From positions 54,461,411-54,525,265 of the forward strand of contig JARDVH010000163.1 of NCBI GenBank assembly GCA_030324005.1: DNA of 63,855 nt, in the 5' to 3' direction. The notes under the pieces were generated by a model. It made no database searches. It was not told the DNA's origin and saw nothing but the letters and a program-made list of their open reading frames with translations. Shown here one piece after another: positions 1-12,678 of the stretch; position 1 is the stretch's first letter, and each line of letters opens with the position of its first letter. The position numbers and the translations under genes were made by a program. This stretch comes from Negaprion brevirostris (taxonomy: Eukaryota).

Positions 1-345
1 AAGTTACTCCTGAACTCCGTTCTAAACTGCCCCCCACCCCGGCCTTATTTTGAGGCTGAGCCCTCTAGTTCCGCTATCCTTTCTAAGCGGGAAGAATCTC
101 TCTACCTCTACCCTATCTAGCCCCTTCAGTACCTTGTAAGTCTCTATAAGATCCCCCCCCTCAGCCTTCCAAACTCTAACGAGTACAGACCCAGTCTACA
201 ACTAACCCCCTCATCTCCAGTATCAGCCTGGTGAACCTTCTTTGTACTCCCTCCAAGGCTAATATATCCTTTCACAAATATGGGGACCAAAATGGCACAC
301 AGTACTCCAGTTGCTGCCTCACCAGTGCCCCATACAGTATTTTCT
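1..345 (-). mobile_element. CR1 LINE RT C-terminal fragment
   Basis: LYGALVRQQLEYCVPFWSPY and RLGLYSLEFGRLRGG motifs. Confidence 0.85.
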
Positions 346-409
346 GCTTTTGCAGTGTGCATCTCAGTGAAGATTCTTCAATCTGATTGACTGATTGAAC
401 AGATGACCT

Positions 410-1201
410 AAGGGGGATTTGGTACACTGGATCAAATGGCAGATTGCTGGAAAGCCCACTCAACATTCCTCCACCACAAACTGCAAAATTTAGGCTACGA
501 CCATGACCAAATGCCCCCCAACTGAAACATGCTCCACTTAATCTTCATTTCCTGAAATAGGATTCAGCGCTGTTAATTTCCTCATTAGAGATACTTTGAC
601 CAAAAGGTTCTCCTCCAATTAATGGGATGCAGATGGAGGCGCGGTCCCCATGCCAGATTCTCTTTGATGCTGGCATGAAAACACACTGGTGTGAAATATG
701 TTTGGAACAACATGGTGTGCAGGTGTCATGACTCAGCTGAACATTGGTTGAGATTGTCTCCAGAATTCATGATGGAGTAACCGTGGAACACCACAGCAGG
801 GGTCAGGGTCAGGGCATCTAATCTGGACTCTTCCAGATTGGATGCCCTGAAGGTCCATCTTACAGACTCAGAATGTCCACCTTTGTTTTCAGGTGGTCCA
901 CTGCCCAGTCTCAGAGTGCTCCTGGAGATCTATCTTCATTTTCAGGTGGTCCATCTTCTTTCTTCAATAGTGGGTCAGTGACGTTGTACACCTTTTCAAT
1001 ATGGCTTCCAGACAGAAGAGCGGCCAATGCATCCTTCAGGCCTGCCCTGCCACTGAATATGGTGTGAACACTTGGGTGCATAATTAATAAGAATGAGGCT
1101 GAAATATTTGACGTGCTTTCCTGCCAGACTCTGCAGAAGGAAACACTCCACATTTCTGCACCTATCATTGCACTCAGTCTCAAAATGGGAGAATTCAGCC
1201 C
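410..1201. mobile_element. Probable non-autonomous Harbinger-type element (right TIR only)
   Basis: GGGAGAATTCAGCCC at 1187-1201 is followed by TTA, a typical Harbinger target trinucleotide. The left end is uncertain. Confidence 0.4.
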
Positions 1202-1539
1202 TTACTGGCTGATGGTATAAACCTAACAGAGTAACAACTCCTCTATTGTCCATTCATTATCAAATCAAGTCTTTGAGTCCTGCCTCATCTCAGCCCTGCC
1301 TCCCTCATATTTCCAGAATGAATGCAAGTGTTCATTTCTCTCCTTGTTTGAGTCACTACATCTTAACCACATGACTACTTGTGTCTTCAGTTCACCAATA
1401 TTATTTACTGCACTTGTGCATTTACACACGCAAGGTTAAATTAAGACGAGTTGCACAAAATAGGTTTGCATTTGCTTGAATGCAGGAGATTAAAAAGTTT
1501 GATCTAACTGGAGTGCTTCAGATATTAAAGAATTTTTTA

Positions 1540-1905
1540 AACTTGTTCTTGTGGTGCAAGCCAGCATTTATTTCCCAATCCTAAATGCCCTCAAGATGAT
1601 TCAAAAGATACTCTTTGGAATTGCTGCAGTCCATCTGGTATAGGTGTGCCTACTATGCTATTAGGGAATTCTAGAATTTTGACTCAGTTGTATTGAAGGA
1701 ACAACAATATAGTTTCAAGTCAAGATGTGTAAGACATGGAGGGGAACGAAGGGTACTAGCGTTTCCATGCATCTGCTTCCCTTGATCTTCCAGATGATAA
1801 AGGTGATGGGTTTAGAAGGTGCTGTCGAAGGAACCTTGGTGAGTTACTGCCGTGTATCTTGTAGATGGCAGTTATGTTTACTGTGAATGGATGGGATACC
1901 AATCA
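1540..1905 (-). mobile_element. LINE 3' fragment (same family as 18280-19515)
   Basis: GCCAGCATTTATT...GGTTTAGAAGGTGCTGTC...TCTTGTAGAT is shared with 18320-18630. Confidence 0.7.
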
Positions 1906-2420
1906 TGCTTTGTTAGATTATTTCTATTTACCCTATTTTTTGGTGGGGTCTCCAGAATAGGTGCATAACCTTGAAATCAAAGCCACAATGTTCAGGAATG
2001 ATGTTAGGAGGCACATCTTTACATAAGGGCAGTGGAAGAAATGTATCCCAAAAAGCTATATTGAAGCTAGAACGCTGAAGGTTTCAAAAGTGAGACTGAC
2101 ATAGTTTCATTAGGAAATCAGGTTTTAAGGCTTCTGGAACCAAAGTGGGTAGATACAGTTACGATACAGGTCAAGCATGATCAATGGACAGCAGAACACG
2201 TTTGAGCAGCTGAATGGCCCACTCGTGTTATAGATAAAACATAACTTGTTTTACAATTTGCTAATGTGCAGAAAAGGTAAAAATTGGAAATTCCCCTCTC
2301 TTGGCATGGAGACCATCTGAGAACAACATATAATCCCTTCAGCAAACAACCTTGCACCCTGCGTTTTGGGAGTGGATTGTGTTTTACAGGAATACTGAGA
2401 AATTAAATCAAACATCTTAC

Positions 2421-2502
2421 CGCACTGATGATATCCAACATATCATATGCTTTTGTGGATTCCAGAGGCACCACTGTATCCAGACTCGGCACCAACCGAT
2501 CA
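2421..2502 (-). CDS. PCCB: PCCB coding exon 9 (later exons lie beyond the left edge)
   Basis: [27 protein letters not shown]; AAG acceptor, GTAAG donor; 82 nt. Confidence 0.95.
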
Positions 2503-5218
2503 CTTTGAGGAGCAAAAGGACAAAAGTAGAATTTTTAATATTTGTTAACCACCGATGCACAGTGAAATATTAATTACTCATATTTCTATGATCAACCTTC
2601 TTGATTATCCACCACGATTCTCAAAATTAAGACTTCTCCTCACAGCATAACATACCAACAGCAATTTGGTCCAAGAGTCAGAGATTGACAGCACAGGAGG
2701 GCTTCACGGCTGTGCTCACTCTTAGCTCCTGTGATTTAAAATTAATCCCACTACCCCTCTTTCCCTCCGAATCCCCATCCCAATGGTATCTTTATCAGTT
2801 TCAAATAATTTTCCAATTTGCCCTCGAGAGGTACGATGGTCTCTGACTCAATCACTCCCTGTGGAGTAGCATTCTATTTTCCAACAATCCTGTAAATAAA
2901 ATTTTCCTAATCTCTTCTCAATCTCAGGGGTCATTTTAATTATAATTTTTAAAAATCTGCAGAATTTCCTCACTAATTTATCTACTTCAATGGAAATGGT
3001 CCCAATGAATAGTTTTCATAACAAGTTTCCAATCCTTGTTCGTGGTGGATGCATTATGGCATTAATTACCTTTTATAAGGAGACAGACAAAACTGCACAC
3101 AGAACCCAGAATGTTTTTTTTCAAAAAAAAAAGCTTAATCAAACTTCAATTCCACTTTCAGAGAACTAAGTACTTGAACCCTAGGTCTCTCAAGACTGTT
3201 CCCAATATCTTCTCCCAGTCTTGTCTTTCCTCGTAAAGTGTTTTACCTCATATTTAACAACATTAAATATATTAAATTCCTCCTGAACATCCAAAACCTT
3301 TATTAAATTAGTTACTGCTTTGAAAAATTCTACTGAAGTCGTCAACACAACTTAACTTTAACAATGCCATGTTGGTTGTCCTTGATTATGACTCATGTTA
3401 TTTCTAAATGCTCGCTATTGTAAGTTATATTCAACTACAGATTTAAGAAGTCGCAAAAATTCTTTTATCCTCTCCCTTCAACAACAATTTTGAACAAAAA
3501 AAAATTCAGGTCTTCACAAAGTGGCCTCAGTTAATGATTTTTTTGCTAATCTGGTTTTAATTTATTTTAGCAAGACATTCAATCTTCCTCTCCAAATCAA
3601 TCCATGTATTGGACTTAACTTTAGAATGGAATGTTCCAGTTTGACACTAATGACACTATACTCAATTTCATTCAAAGCACGGGAACCACTTCAACCCAAA
3701 AAGCACAGCATGGGTATATAGCGGTTTTACATCACCCTGAATGAATGCTGTTGGATTACAATTCAGAATCATGTTTATTGCAGACAGTACATACAAAGCT
3801 ACAAATTCAGAGCAGGAATAGGGCACTTGGCCCCGTGAGCCTGCTCTGCCTCCACTTGTCTACCCCATATACCTTGTCCGTAAAGAATCTATCTAACTCA
3901 GCCTCTCTGAGGGGGAAAAGAAGTCAACAGACTACCCTCAGAAAAAATACCTTCATGTTAAATGGGAGACCCTAGCTCTAGTTTCTCCCACAAGGGATAA
4001 CATCCTTTCAGTATTGACCCTGTCAAGTCAGGTTCAATATATTTCAATAAAGATCAAGACTTATTCTTTTAAGCCCCAAAGGACACAGCCTAACTTGGTC
4101 AAACCTATTTTGCATCTTGTAGAGTATGCAATACTGACACTGTGACAATGATGAGAGAATGGACTGTGACGCTTAGTACATTCACAAGAAAACATTTAGA
4201 AGAAAATAACTTGCATTTATATTGTGATGAAACAGCCCATGTAAGGAACTTTACAGGAGCATTATAAAACAAAGTATGACACCCAACCAAAGGAGATAAT
4301 AGGCCAAAGGATTGGTCACAGAGATAGGTTTTGAGGAATGTCTCAAAGAGAAAAGCCAGCTAGAGAGGTNNNNNNNNNNNNNNNNNNNNNNNNNNNNNNN
4401 NNNNNNNNNNNNNNNNNNNNNNNNNNNNNNNNNNNNNNNNNNNNNNNNNNNNNNNNNNNNNNNNNNNNNNNNNNNNNNNNNNNNNNNNNNNNNNNNNNNN
4501 NNNNNNNNNNNNNNNNNNNNNNNNNNNNNNNNNNNNNNNNNNNNNNNNNNNNNNNNNNNNNNNNNNNNNNNNNNNNNNNNNNNNNNNNNNNNNNNNNNNN
4601 NNNNNNNNNNNNNNNNNNNNNNNNNNNNNNNNNNNNNNNNNNNNNNNNNNNNNNNNNNNNNNNNNNNNNNNNNNNNNNNNNNNNNNNNNNNNNNNNNNNN
4701 NNNNNNNNNNNNNNNNNNNNNNNNNNNNNNNNNNNNNNNNNNNNNNNNNNNNNNNNNNNNNNNNNNNNNNNNNNNNNNNNNNNNNNNNNNNNNNNNNNNN
4801 NNNNNNNTACAGAAGGCCCTAAGAGGCAGAAGTCTCACCTTTAAGCATTTAATGCTCTTCCCAGCTTTAAATTGTTATAGGTCAGCCATTGGGATGGTGG
4901 GCATGATCCAACTGTGAGCAGCAGCAAATTTCCACCAATATTTATTCCTTTCTTGTGAATAATCAGTGTGCATCTATGTTACCAGTGCGCATGGTTACAA
5001 AAATGTCTTTATTTTCAAAGTTATAAAGGGTCATTTGTACAAAAATTCCAGCCATAACCTGGTAAAAAAGTGTACAACTCAAATGGCCACTAGGTGACAT
5101 CCTTTCCCTTATAAGTGGTGGGAAAACACCACACTGTCAGACACCAGAGAAATATTTTTCCCCAGCAGCCACTAGAGGGCAACCTTTTACCACGGACCAG
5201 TCTGTTCCTAATAAAAGC

Positions 5219-8085
5219 TGGCTGGGATTCTCCATAAAAAATTTTAACTCTCAAATTCACGTAAAAACTGCAGTAAATCTCACTGACATTTTTCATTGAG
5301 ATTTTCAAAATGAATTTCTCATATTGAGCACTGCAGAATGCACTAGCGTGAATCATGCTGAAAAGTGATGGGTGGATGTATTCCCATTGAAGAGGCTGAA
5401 ATCAGCGCACTGAGCTGGCCCTCGCACATGCGCCGATGGTGGGAGATCACTAAACAAATCCTCCCAGCATTCAGATTGCTGGCCTCTCCCAACCGTCACT
5501 GACTCCAGACATCGTTGGCCTCCCCATCCCCGTTCACCCAGAGCGCTGGCATCACTGCTGCCTTTCACACAGAGCACTGGGCTGCCATGCAATATTCCCC
5601 CTTGTTNNNNNNNNNNCTCCCAAACACAGTACCTTGTGTTTGGTTGGAGATGGCTAACCCTCTAGTGAAACCAGGTTGCCTGTATGTTATTCATCATGAA
5701 ATTAAAACTAATGGGCCCATGAGTGACCCAAGCTGACTGCATCTGGACTCCCTGCACAAGGCAGAGCTGTATATGGGCTGTAGGTATGGACACACAGGCA
5801 ATCACACCAGGAAGGTGGCTAACAGGAGAAGTGTTCCCAGATTCCCCGAGGCTGAACAGGCCTGCCTGCTGGATGCCGTGGAGGAGAACTGCCAGCTACT
5901 CAATCCCACTGAGGGCTCTTGTCAAAGTCACGCAGCCAATGCCATCTGGGAGGCTGCAGCTGTAAGTGCCAGGGCACTGGCACATCATTCTGGGGACTAA
6001 TGCCAGAAGAAGATGAACAACCTTCTTCGAGCATCAAAGGCAAGTGAGCATCCATTCTGAAACCAGTACACGTGCTGTGCTTACCATGTGAGACCACCCC
6101 CAGACAGCACCAACTACCCCCACCCCAGCACTGCCTTCAACCCCTGTGGTACTCCTCAATCAGTACCCCACTGTGGGGCAGCATTGTCCCGAAATGACCC
6201 ACTCTCAACATACATTGCCCCTCATGCCCTCCAATACATCATGCTTTCAATCCTCTATGTCCCCACAGGAGAAAACTGCACATAACCACCAAGAGGGGGG
6301 AGAAAATTGGTGGTGCAGTACCTGAGCTGCGCCTTGTCACAGGGTCTGAGCAGCGAGTCCTGGAGCTGGCAGGGGAAACGAAACAGAGAATGGTCACAGA
6401 CAGCCAGGTCGGCATCTGCATGCAAGTGAGTTATTCCTAGGACCTCCTTTGAAGTAGGAATCACGCCTTTTTTCCTTCCCTTCCGCTAACACAGGTCTTC
6501 TTAGAGGGGACGATCCCCGTGCTCTGGGCCTTTTAGATGTCGCCATCTCCCCCCCCCGGCAAAACCATTGCTCCTGCTGAGACCACCTCAGTCAACACCT
6601 TGGAGGGAAGCCCTGAGGTTGTGAATCAGCGCAAGCATCAACAACACAAACTATCACGACAGTCCAGCATGTTAGCAGTGAGGCTTCAGGATCACTTATT
6701 GGTGAGCACATCACAGCTGCTGATGCACATCAGGTGGAGGTGGGAACATTCGAGGGCTTGGCATTGAGGGGAGCACAGCTACATCATCTCCTGGGGTATG
6801 GTGGGAGGGTGGTGGTAGCATCTGCCATACCACACTGCAGCATCTGGGTGAATCGTGCTACAATTAAAGCATCCCTTGCAACACTGCCTTGCCAAATCAT
6901 CACCACCTGTCCTCCATCCTCTGGTTCCTCATACAGTTACTCCTCCAGATTCTACTAGTGTCAATTCTCCTCCTCCTTCAAACGGGTCGTCTCCCCGCTG
7001 CTGCATGATATTGTGCAGAGTGTGGTATGCAATGATGATGCAGGAGACCCACACAGGGCTGTATTGAAGGGCATTCCAGAGCAGCCCAGCCACCAAAACC
7101 GCATTTTTAGCAGGTCTATGCACAATAACGGACTCAGTGGCAGTGTGGGTCTCTGCCTCAGTTTCAGGCCTCCACACTGGCGTCATGACCTCAGCAGGTA
7201 GCCTTTGTCCCTCATGAGCCATCCTGGCAGCCTGGGCTGGCTCTCAAATAGCCCAGGGATGTCTGAGCGTCTCAGGACATAATGTCAACAACACTCCCTG
7301 GGTGCCATGCGCACAACTGCAAAATGATCAGCCTGTGGTAACAAACAATCCGCAAGATTTAGTGAGTGGAAGCCCTTCCTGTTGATAAATGGTTGCCCTT
7401 CACCTTTCGGGGAACACAGGGCGATGTGCGTTCTATCCACAGCCCCCTGCACATGGGGCATTCCAGTGATGGTGGCGAAGCCTGCAACCCTGGCTTCCTG
7501 CTGAACCTGGCCAACATCAAACTTGATGCATTGGCCTGCATGAACGTAAAAGGCATCTACAAACTAGCACACACATCTGTGTGCAAAGGCCTGCAAAGTT
7601 CCAGATGTCGCCACTGCATACCTACAACGATCATGTGGCACAGAAGTTAAGGGCTGCCCTCCCCTTGACTTCCATTGGAAGCAGGTGCCCTCCCTTCCTC
7701 AGGTCCGCCAGAACATCTCACAAATGCTGCACCATCTCCTTGTGCTGGATCTGCCAGCAGAGGCACGTGGCCTCAGATAAGAATCTCCTTGTCCCGTAAG
7801 CCCTCCATCTCAGCATCCTCCTGCAGCCCCCCTTCCCCACTGTGGGAAATCACAGTCTCACTTCCTGGCCCTCAGCAACAGCTTCCTGCCCTCCCTCTGC
7901 AGGTTCTGCGACAGGCTGGTCTTGCAATGGCCATATGACTCTCTCCACCTCCTCCTTAGCAGCTGCCACCATGACAGCTAGCTCTGGACCCATCAGTCTG
8001 AAATTTACCTACAAGGTGAGGGTTACAGAGAGAGAGAGAGAGAGAGAGATTGATAGATACGTCTTTGCTTTTAACTATCACAGCA
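5219..8085. mobile_element. Decayed PIF/Harbinger DNA transposon, copy 1 (Myb/SANT gene on +, transposase on -), in PCCB intron 8
   Basis: Left end TGGCTGGGATTCTCC. Plus strand: VPRFPEAEQACLLDAVEE...IWEA...CQKKMNNL (Myb/SANT-like). Minus strand: VQGAVDRTHI, FINRKGFHSLN, MTPV..PETEAE and ALQYSP..VS.III....LHN, which are HARBI1-type transposase motifs with frameshifts. Cut on the right by a CR1 fragment. Confidence 0.85.
8026..8049 (+). repeat. (AG)n microsatellite
   Basis: About 12 consecutive AG units. Confidence 0.9.
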
Positions 8086-9112
8086 CAGAACTGCCTTACG
8101 AGAAAAGGTTGGACAGGCTAGGCTTGTAGTAGAATAAGAGGTAACTTGATTGAAACTTTAAAAGATCCTGAGGAGTAGCGACAGGGTGGACGTGAAGAAG
8201 ATGTGATCTCTCATGGAGGATCTAAAACCGGGATCACTGATTAAAAATATAATTTAAGGCAAAAATGAGGAGAATTTTCTTTTCNNNNNNNNNNNNNNNN
8301 NNNNNNNNNNNNNNNNNNNNNNNNNNNNNNNNNNNNNNNNNNNNNNNNNNNNNNNNNNNNNNNNNNNNNNNNNNNNNNNNNNNNTAATTCGTATGTTTGT
8401 GCAAAACAGTGGACCGCTCAGCCCCTTTGTTAGATCATGGTTAATCTGTACGTCAACACCATTTACCTGACTTTCCTTCATATTCCTTACCTAACGAAAC
8501 AAAAATCAGTCAACCTCAGTTCAATGATTTCAACAGTCCCAGTTACATGGCACAGCCCCTTACTGTAAATGAAGTCTTGGCAGAATTGTTATACGTTTAA
8601 TGACCTCTGCAAGCAACCATGCCTACTTTACATTTTTATTTTCCATACTTACTAGAAATTCATTTTTCCTTTGGTCAATCACATAATTTACACCCTGGAT
8701 AAAACTCAACATGTAAGGTATACTTGCCTGGCCACTATCAATGCTCCCTTTCTAATTTCATTGTGTGCATCATTTTGTGCATCTCTGAACATTGGTAAAC
8801 GAAATTAATGCAGTAGCAAATTTCTCAAGGCTCATAGAGGAATTGGACAATCTTATTTTATAAGGATATGAGCATTTTACGATACTGCTAAAAGGTCACA
8901 TCTCCACCTTAAGGTCAGTTGATGTTTATATCTTGAATGCAACAGCTGTAATCTACATACAAACTATTGTAACTTATGCAAATCGTATGGATTCCCCATC
9001 AGAAATTAAAATGCTGGGAAATCAGTCTGACAAACCACTGTAATGTATTAAATCTTCTATGATTTTGTATTGAAGTGTAGGATATCATGTGAAACTTGAT
9101 TCTTTCACTTAC

Positions 9113-9233
9113 CAGGGATCCTGACACTCCCTGATAGGAGGGGGATCTTTATTATTCAGAGGTATAAAATTAAAAAACTCTCTCAAGTTCAATAAGGCAT
9201 CAACATCATTTTCAAAAGCCTTGTGTGCAACAC
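9113..9233 (-). CDS. PCCB: PCCB coding exon 8
   Basis: (G)[39 protein letters not shown](C); 121 nt; CAG/GTAAG boundaries; phase fits exons 7 and 9. Confidence 0.96.
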
Positions 9234-10033
9234 CTGCAGCATAAACAGATTTAGTATTACTAAAAATCCATGCTGGTGCTTCACAATAAAGAAGTGATTG
9301 CTATTACTACTAAGACAAATTACAAATTTATTTATGTAGCACTGTATGTCATGGTTTGTGTAATACTTCATAAAGGTCATCAAGAAATTGTAGCCGAGGC
9401 AATAATGCCAGTTTTTTAAAAACCCATCACTGATCATTGTTCCTATTATTAATATTAATCCAACCCGTGATAAAATCAATGCTGCATCAATCCCATTGAT
9501 CAAGAGTCTTTGGGAAGAACTATTTGTTAATATTGAGGCACATGAAGTTGATGTCCATTTTATTTACAGAAAGCTGTAATAAGCATGTGATGTTTAAGAT
9601 AATAATTTGTCAGGTTAGTGTACCTTCTGACTCAGCTGGCAGCAATGTTAAGTACAAATATTTATGATCACTTTTGAAATTTTCACACATCCAACAAAAT
9701 AAAACAAGAACAGGAATGGTCCTGGGTCCAATTGAAAACTGTCTTAAAATGGGGTCATACCAGGAAAAGATTTGGGAAGCACTAGGGCATGGTGTTTGAG
9801 TCATACAAATCAGTCTATACATTCTCCACTGAAATTAAAATCAGAATCTAAATGCAGCTGAAATAAGATCTGAACTTAAGAGGATGTGATAACACCAATG
9901 CCTGAGCAAAATAAATGGTAACCAGGAATTCAGTGCACTTAAAGTCCAGAATATAGATCACTTAGGTTGACACTTTAGGAGTACAGTAAATGCTTTGCAA
10001 AAAGGTTTCCTCTGGAAATGAATGCCATCTCAC

Positions 10034-10655
10034 CTGAGACTGCANNNNNNNNNNNNNNNNNNNNNNNNNNNNNNNNNNNNNNNNNNNNNNNNNNNNNNNN
10101 NNNNNNNNNNNNNNNNNNNNNNNNNNNNNNNNNNNNNNNNNNNNNNNNNNNNNNNNNNNNNNNNNNNNNNNNNNNNNNNNNNNNNNNNNNNNNNNNNNNN
10201 NNNNNNNNNNNNNNNNNNNNNNNNNNNNNNNNNNNNNNNNNNNNNNNNNNNNNNNNNNNNNNNNNNNNNNNNNNNNNNNNNNNNNNNNNNNNNNNNNNNN
10301 NNNNNNNNNNNNNNNNNNNNNNNNNNNNNNNNNNNNNNNNNNNNNNNNNNNNNNNNNNNNNNNNNNNNNNNNNNNNNNNNNNNNNNNNNNNNNNNNNNNN
10401 NNNNNNNNNNNNNNNNNNNNNNNNNNNNNNNNNNNNNNNNNNNNNNNNNNNNNNNNNNNNNNNNNNNNNNNNNNNNNNNNNNNNNNNNNNNNNNNNNNNN
10501 NNNNNNNNNNNNNNNNNNNNNNNNNNNNNNNNNNNNNNNNNNNNNNNNGAGACTGCAGTGTGTGTTTTAGCACCACCAAGATCTTCCTGAGTCACATCCT
10601 CATTTGTGACAGATTTCACGACATCAGGGCCAGTGATGAACAAATACGAGGTATC
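10034..10655 (-). CDS. PCCB: PCCB coding exon 7 (109 nt, split by a spurious N-gap; real sequence is 10549-10655 plus 10034-10035)
   Basis: [36 protein letters not shown]. The 9-mer GAGACTGCA occurs on both gap flanks; joining them restores the frame and the GTGAG donor at 10033. Confidence 0.92.
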
Positions 10656-11349
10656 CTGCAACATAAAAGAAAATCCCAAAACCAATCTAATTATTGTCAA
10701 CTCTGATTTTAAAAAGGAAAATGCTGCATGAATATACTGACAGTTTTTAAAAGAGAGACTAGGGAATAACAGCACTTTCCACCCATTCAGTATTATCACA
10801 CGTCTTCCTTTGTTTAAAAAAAGTGTAATTCTGGAAGATGGACACAAAACTGTAAAATAAAAATGCAGCACCAACACACTGTCATTGCACCAGACCTGGG
10901 TTAACATTTATGTGCAAGTCAGCAACACAAGGAAATTTTCATGTGTAAAAACAAAAAGTAGAAGAGCTTCAATAATGTGGGACCTGGAAAAAAAAGCAGA
11001 TCCTGCTTATTAAATCAAATATTAAGCCAATCCTCAAAAGTGGACAACAACTTACCCTGCATTTTCACAAAGCACTGCTGCTTCCTATATTTCCCTGACC
11101 TTAGATTCCTGCTATTTTGTACAGTAATTTGATTATGCAAAAGTAGTAAAATCAGTACTTTACCCAATAAGGTTTAGTATACAAAAGTAGACACTTGCTT
11201 TCATTGCATGTTCCACAACATCTTGGAAATCCAAGGAGCACATCATTTGTTATGCGTAAGTAACCAACGTTGACAAACTGGCATTGCTCCAAAAGATACA
11301 AGGCCAAAGTGACTCATATGAAAGAGCTTCCAGTCATGCTAACTCAAAT

Positions 11350-12050
11350 TCCAGCCACCCAGACACAGGAGGCAGAGGTTCTTTGACCCTTTGATCTTGC
11401 TCCATCATTCACCAATATCATGGCTGATCATCACCTCAATTCCACCTTCTTGCACAATTTGATTTCACTTGATTCCCTTCGTATTCAAGAGTCAATCAAT
11501 TTTTATCTTGAATAATGTGAACAGCCACCATTCTCTGCTATTGAGAATCCCAAAGATACACACTCAGCTCTGTCTTAAATGGTTGACCACTTATGAAGAC
11601 TCTAATCCCCAATTCTAGACCACCATGCCAGGGAAAACATTCTTCCAGCATCCACAGGAATTTGTTTCAATAAGATCACTTATCAATCTTCTATAGTCTA
11701 GGAAATATTGGGCTGACTACTTGACCTCCTCCTATCCCAGGAATCAGTCAAGCAAACTCCTCATTGCATTCTCTCCAAGGCCCTTCCTTAGCTGAGGAGA
11801 CCGAGCTGTAGTGTTCACAACATTTCTATATTCTTGCACAGACACTTCTTGATTCTTGTTCACAAATCCCTTTTCAATGGAGGTTAATACATTACTCACT
11901 TCCCTAATTGCTTGCTGTGCCTGGATGTTAATTTTCTGCGATTCACGTACAAGAACATGGAAATCGCTCTGAATATCAAATTTCCCAGTCTCTCTCATTC
12001 TCCATATTGTTCTGCTTCTCTTTTTTTCCTTCCAAAGTGAATAACTTCAC
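11350..12050 (-). mobile_element. Decayed CR1 LINE 3' fragment
   Basis: QAQQAIREVSNVLTSIEKGFVNKNQEV resembles the CR1 RT C-terminus; typical 3' tail present. Confidence 0.6.
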
Positions 12051-12567
12051 AGCTCGATTTTTTTTCATAAATCCATAATCACGTTGCTAATACTGAATTC
12101 TTGCACTTTCCCTACAATTAACGTCAGTTCAAACAACTTAGCCATCCTAGCAGAAGACCATGAAATTGTGGGATAATTCATTTCAAAAAAGAAAAACTTA
12201 CAAATCTTCACATAATTTCTTGCTCTAAAGCACATTTGCTTCAACCATCCTTCTAAATCACTTTGCATGTTGAGTGCACAAATGAGCCAGAATAGTTTAC
12301 AGGAAAATAAAGTCAGTGACCACTCCAGATTTCATAATTTCCCTTCAGACCCCGGAGTTGTATGGCCCGTACCATTATGTGGTGAACTGTTGTGCATAAT
12401 ACGGCACAGAAAATAAGTCTGTTTCACAATTCCCAACAACTTTCACTAATCATCTTGGTATGCCAAGAAAAAAATTGCATCTCAAAGTATTTGATATGGT
12501 GTCTTGGCTACTAAAAGGTGCAGAAAACAGCAAATTGTTAGTTGAATCATGAACCAATGTACATTAC

Positions 12568-12678
12568 CTTCACCATAAATGTAAAGTCTGTTAAAGCAGG
12601 TGAGTAGACAGCACCACCAGCACAGGGACCCATTATAAGGGATATCTGAGGAATGACTCCAGAGGACAGGACATTTCT
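12568..12678 (-). CDS. PCCB: PCCB coding exon 6
   Basis: [37 protein letters not shown]; 111 nt; CAG/GTAAT boundaries. Confidence 0.97.

Noticed and set aside
4251-4917. Long ORFs spanning N-runs (also at about 10.0, 16.0, 47.0 and 56.6 kb)
   Set aside because: They are artefacts of translating assembly gaps.
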